NCBI GenBank assembly: GCA_037447605.1
Contig: CM074812.1
Span: forward strand, 1,488,001-1,552,000
From: Zygnema circumcarinatum SAG 698-1b
Taxonomy: Eukaryota; Plantae; Zygnematophyceae
Direction of reading: 5' to 3'
DNA: 64,000 nt
Shown: positions 60,105 through 64,000 of the stretch, one piece after another
Layout: each line of letters starts with the position of its first letter
How positions within the stretch are numbered: position 1 is the first letter of the stretch
The notes under the pieces: model-generated
What the model was told of the DNA's origin: nothing
The model's input: the letters and a program-made list of their open reading frames with translations, nothing else
Databases searched by the model: none
Made by a program: the position numbers and the translations under genes

Positions 60105-61882
60105 TCAATAGCGATACTTGGTCGAATAGTCCTTGGGCGAAACCACGAGTCCCCGCCCCTTCCTGGCCCCTCGGTAGACCGTCTCCACAATGTCGATGAA
60201 CTCCTGCTTGTCCTTTAGCGCCCAGTTGATCTTGTTGTTGTTGCCCGTCCCGAGATCGATCATGATGTGTTTGTTGCGGAAGAAGAACATGACCGTACAG
60301 GGGTCGTACAGCTCGTACATTGTGTTGAAGTCGGGGACCTCCGAGATGTCCACGAGGTAGATCACGGCGAAGTTCTTGATGGTTTCGGCCACGGCGGCGA
60401 GGACTTCGTCCATCTGAGGGAGGGAGGGGGGGGAAGATGTGGGAGGGGGTGAGGGAGGGAGAGGGGGAGGAGGGAGGGGAGGGAGGGAGGGAGGGAGGGG
60501 GGGGAAGGGATGGGAGGGAAGAGGGCGGGGGGTGAGGGCGGGAGGGGGGTGGAGAAAGGGAGGGGGGAAGGGAGGGGCGTGAGGAAGGGGGGGAAGGGAG
60601 GGGGGTGAGGGAGGGAGGGGTGGGGAGGGAGGGAGGGAGTGGGGGGGAGGGAGGGGGAGGAGTTGGAGGGAGGGAGGGGGGAGGGAGGGAGGGAGTGGGG
60701 GGAAGGAGGGGGGAGGGAGGGAGGGGGGAGGGGGGTGAGGGAGGAGGGGGGGGGGGGGAATGAGGGGGGAGGGAGGGGGAGAGAAAGGGCAGGGGTTGAG
60801 GGAGGAGGGTGCGGGAGGGAGGGAGGGAGGGAGGGAGGGAGTGAGGGAGGGGCGGGGAGGGAGGGGGGTGAGGGAGGGAGGGGTGGGGAGGTAGGGAAGG
60901 GCGGGGAGGGGGAGGGAGAGAGGGAGGGAGAGTGGGAGGGGGGAAGGGAGGGAAGGGGGTGGGGAGGGAGGAAGGGGGGGAGGGAGGGGGAGGTGGGGTG
61001 AGGGAGGGAGGGTAGGGTGGAAGGGAGGGAGGGGTGGGGGAGGAAGGGGGAGGGAGGGGGAGGGAGGGAGGGAGAGAGGGAGGGGGAGTGGGAGGGGGAA
61101 GGGAGAGAGGGAGGTGGGGAGGGAGGGAGGGGGGTGGGGAGGGAGGGAGGGGAGGGTGGGAGGGGGGGAGGGAGGGAGTGGGGGGGGGGAAGGGGGGGAG
61201 GGAGGGAGTGGAGGGAGAGTGGGAGGGAGGAAGGGAGGGAGGGAGTTTTTGGGGAAAAAGGGTTTTGGGTTCCTGGTGGGGTTTGAAGATTTGCGGATTT
61301 TTAGGGTTTGGGGTTCCAGGGTTCTAAGAGTAATTGGGGTTATACGGGATTTTTGGTTTTTTTGGGTTTCATGCTTTTTGGATTTGAGGGTTTTGAGGTC
61401 TTCGGAGTTTTTTACGTTGTGGAATTTCTATTGAGGGTTTTTTTGGGGGGTTGAGGGATTGTATTGCGGAGATTTATATGGTTTTTGGGTCTTTAAGGGT
61501 TTGGAGGGTTTAGGGTTTATCGGGTTCTGGACTTTTAGGGTTACACGGGTTTTGATTATTTCAGGGTCAGCCCATTGTGCTTTTGCAGATTTCGGGGTTT
61601 GGTGACCCAAAGCCTTCGAAATTCCCCATCTCCCAAGACCCCAAAACCCTAACCTCGAAATGTACCACACTCCAAAACCCTAAAACCTCAAATCCCTAAA
61701 GCATCAAAACCCTAAACCCTCAAAACCCCGGCTCCTCGCTCGAGCGGCCCTGAACCCTGCACCTGCATGCAGGTCTCGTCCCAGTCGTGGCCGAAGCGGA
61801 TAACGACAACGCGCTCCTCCTCGCCCAGAATCGCTTGGTCCACCCCCCAACCGTTGTGCAGATGAGGGAGAAGATACGACAT
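60105..61882 (-). CDS. DIM1: Thioredoxin-like U5 snRNP protein Dim1/YLS8 (TXNL4A orthologue), 142 aa, 2 exons
   Basis: Exon 1, 61763-61882: [40 protein letters not shown]. Exon 2, 60105-60413: MDEVLA...[36 protein letters not shown]...[23 protein letters not shown] intron 60414-61762. Confidence 0.97.
60416..61760. repeat. DIM1 intron: G-rich tract (60416-61250) plus oppositely oriented degenerate telomere-like blocks
   Basis: Dense GGG runs, then AGGGTTT-type motifs (~61260-61560), then AAACCCT-type motifs (~61640-61760). Confidence 0.75.
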
Positions 61883-62419
61883 TGTCTCTCGCTCTCTCTC
61901 CCTCTCTCTCTGACGCTCTCTCTCCCTCTCCCTCTGACTCTTTCTCTCTCTCTGTTTTTCCCTTTCTCTCTCTCGCCCAGCCTCCTCCCTCGGGCCCCTC
62001 CTCTCCTCTCTTTCTTGATTGGCTGTCCTGCTGTAGAGAAAGAACTGTGAGGGAAGATAGCGCGAACAAGATAGAGAACGAAGGCGTGAGGGAGTGGGAG
62101 AGACAGTGGGAGACAGTGGGAGAGAGTGGGAGAGAGTGAGGAGGAGAATTCGAAGAGAGAGAATGGGAAGAGGAGGTACGGAATGTAGCGGAGGTGGGCG
62201 GACGCTGCAGGCTATATACAGCTTAGCGATACACTACTTTCTAGTTCATAGCTGACTTGAAGGCAGTCGGACCAGATACTACGCAAAACGCCAATGAAAG
62301 CACGCTGTTCCTTTCGCGAATGGTTCAAATGTATTCACAGGGAGGAAGCGAGAGGAGAGAAACGAAAGGGAGAGGTACGACGCGAGCAATGTGATATTAA
62401 ATTGAGGCAGATACAATAC

Positions 62420-62627
62420 TCGGTGTCAGACTTAGCCCGGAGGGTACTAAATTCCTGAATTTATTACTGTATACAGTACTAAAAGTCAAAGTTTCGTGTA
62501 CGTATTCCGGGTCGGGATCCGCGGCTCTGCCGAACCCAGCCTTCTGAAATGCGTACCTAGCCAATGGTTAATTCGCCCGACAGGCCTACTAATTTTGATT
62601 TGGCCATGTGTTAACACTGACTCCCCC
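62420..62627. mobile_element. MITE family A, copy 3 (reverse orientation)
   Basis: Reverse complement of the family body (GATTTGGCCATGTGTTAA, CGGGATCCGCGG, CTAAAAGTCAAAGTTTCGTGTACG). Ends CTGACTCCCCC|TA; left TIR degenerate (CGGTGTCAGAC). Confidence 0.85.
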
Positions 62628-62859
62628 TAATATTGGAACGATCAGACCTAAGCCCCTACGCTGGATTTCGCCAGAGTCACACATAACACCTTTTTTTCAA
62701 AAGTTTTTTCGCCCTCAATTGGTTTTCCTCTTACAAATTCGAAGTCCGTAAGTCTTATGGCTTCCCATACCGTCAATTTTCAGCAACGTCAAACTCTGTT
62801 CTACTTTCATTTTTGTGAGTGTCAAAGAGTGAAATGAGCCAAAAAATCGACAAAAGAAT

Positions 62860-64000
62860 GCCTGACAAGACCCTCCACCCTCCCTCTCTAAATCGACCTC
62901 ATTCTTCGACTGTTTCTGAAAGGCAATTTAACTATCGCTTTCTTAAAAAAGCGTTCCCTTTCATTTCCGTTTCCTTTTTTTCTTTTTACCTTCTCAATCT
63001 TTGGTTCACAATGGGTCGTTACATGTCGGGAGCATTCAGTCACGTTCTAAGGATTTACGGGCCAATGTTCCATGGAACGATCTGAGCTTTTGGGGTTTTA
63101 GGAAAGTAAAACATGACTTTGCAAATAGTGAGGGAGAGTGCGAGGAGGGAGAGAGAGAGAAAGGGACGAAGGGGAGGAAGGGAGGGAGGGAGGGAAGGAC
63201 GGAGAAGAGGGAGAGAGAACTTGAGACAGAGAGGGAAAGAGGACGGCAAGGAAGGGAATTGGGCAGGGAGGGAGCGTGGATGGAGGGAGGGAGGGAGGGA
63301 GAGGGGAGGAGAGAGAGGGAAGGAAGGGAGCGGGAGAGGGAGGGAGGGAGAGAAAGGGACGACGAGGGAAGGGAAAGGAGAGATAAAGGGAGGCGGAAGG
63401 AGGGAGGGAGAAGGATGGAGAGGGAGAGAGGAAGACAGAGAAAATGGACAGAACGGTCAAAAGGTTCCAGTCGCCCAACTTATTTACAGAACAGAGACAT
63501 CAGAGATCACATGTACTAGTTTCCGTTTTTCCCAACAAAGCGTTGGTGTAACTAAACTGAAACTGAAGCTGAAACTGCTGCATGTAGACCGATCTATATG
63601 TTCGCCTAGCAATGTACACCTCCTCTACTGATTCGAATTTTTCCACCCTATAGAAGCCCCCTGAGGCCTATACACCACCAACTGAATCATCCAAACCCCA
63701 CAACCCAATGCTCTACCACTCCTCCCCTCCTGAACCCTCAACCTATGATTGGTACATTGCCGAAACCCCACAGTAATGACACCCCCTCTACACTCCTTTC
63801 TCCTTCCTCCCCCTCTTCTCTCTCTCAATTCTGCGTTTAATGTCACGTAGACGATATGAGGAAGGAATTCGTCCTCCTACATGGCTTCTTGAGACGACCC
63901 CAACATCACATCCCAAGTGACATCACACATCCGTTACATCACCTCACCAGTATGTATCCAAGTACGAAGTATGTCTGTAGCGGTTGAATTCCAGCAAGCT
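62860..64000 (-). CDS. Possible 3' exons of an unidentified gene entering from the right edge
   Basis: Exon-like minus-strand segments: ~63945-64000 (LLEFNRYRHTSYLDTY, then GTGAGG), ~63845-63875 (EDEFLPHIVY) and ~63059-63122 (MFYFPKTPKAQIVPWNIG, then GTAAAT). A CT-rich sense-strand tract lies between them. A full consistent model could not be built. Confidence 0.3.

Overview
Eukaryotic, intron-rich, green-lineage DNA. Plant-type gene families, TTTAGGG-like repeats and GA/CT-microsatellite-filled introns suggest a streptophyte alga; this is inference, not a database match. Six multi-exon genes were reconstructed by hand from GT-AG boundaries and family motifs: a GT61/DUF563 glycosyltransferase (+, 5921-17091), a long unidentified coiled-coil/acidic protein (-, ~19184-29462), a Lzipper-MIP1+DUF547 protein (+, ~32769-39628), a GDT1/UPF0016 transporter (-, 46588-50676), a BC10/DUF266 core-2/I-branching-like glycosyltransferase (+, 52011-58295) and DIM1/YLS8 (-, 60105-61882). 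There is also a Pro/Ser-rich signal-peptide + TM glycoprotein gene (+, 3437-4202) whose frame breaks exactly at a CCT-TGA-C stop. Non-coding content includes a TA-flanked MITE family with conserved internal hairpins (3 full copies, 1 partial, 1 related element), a Mutator-like MITE, telomere-like intronic arrays, a 5-kb GA minisatellite, a 5.6-kb 51-bp minisatellite, a canonical ERSE/UPRE in the GDT1-BC10 divergent promoter, and a 1408-bp gap-flanking duplication that is probably an assembly artefact. Most long ORFs in the supplied track are low-complexity repeat artefacts. No rRNA, tRNA, CRISPR or autonomous transposase was recognised.
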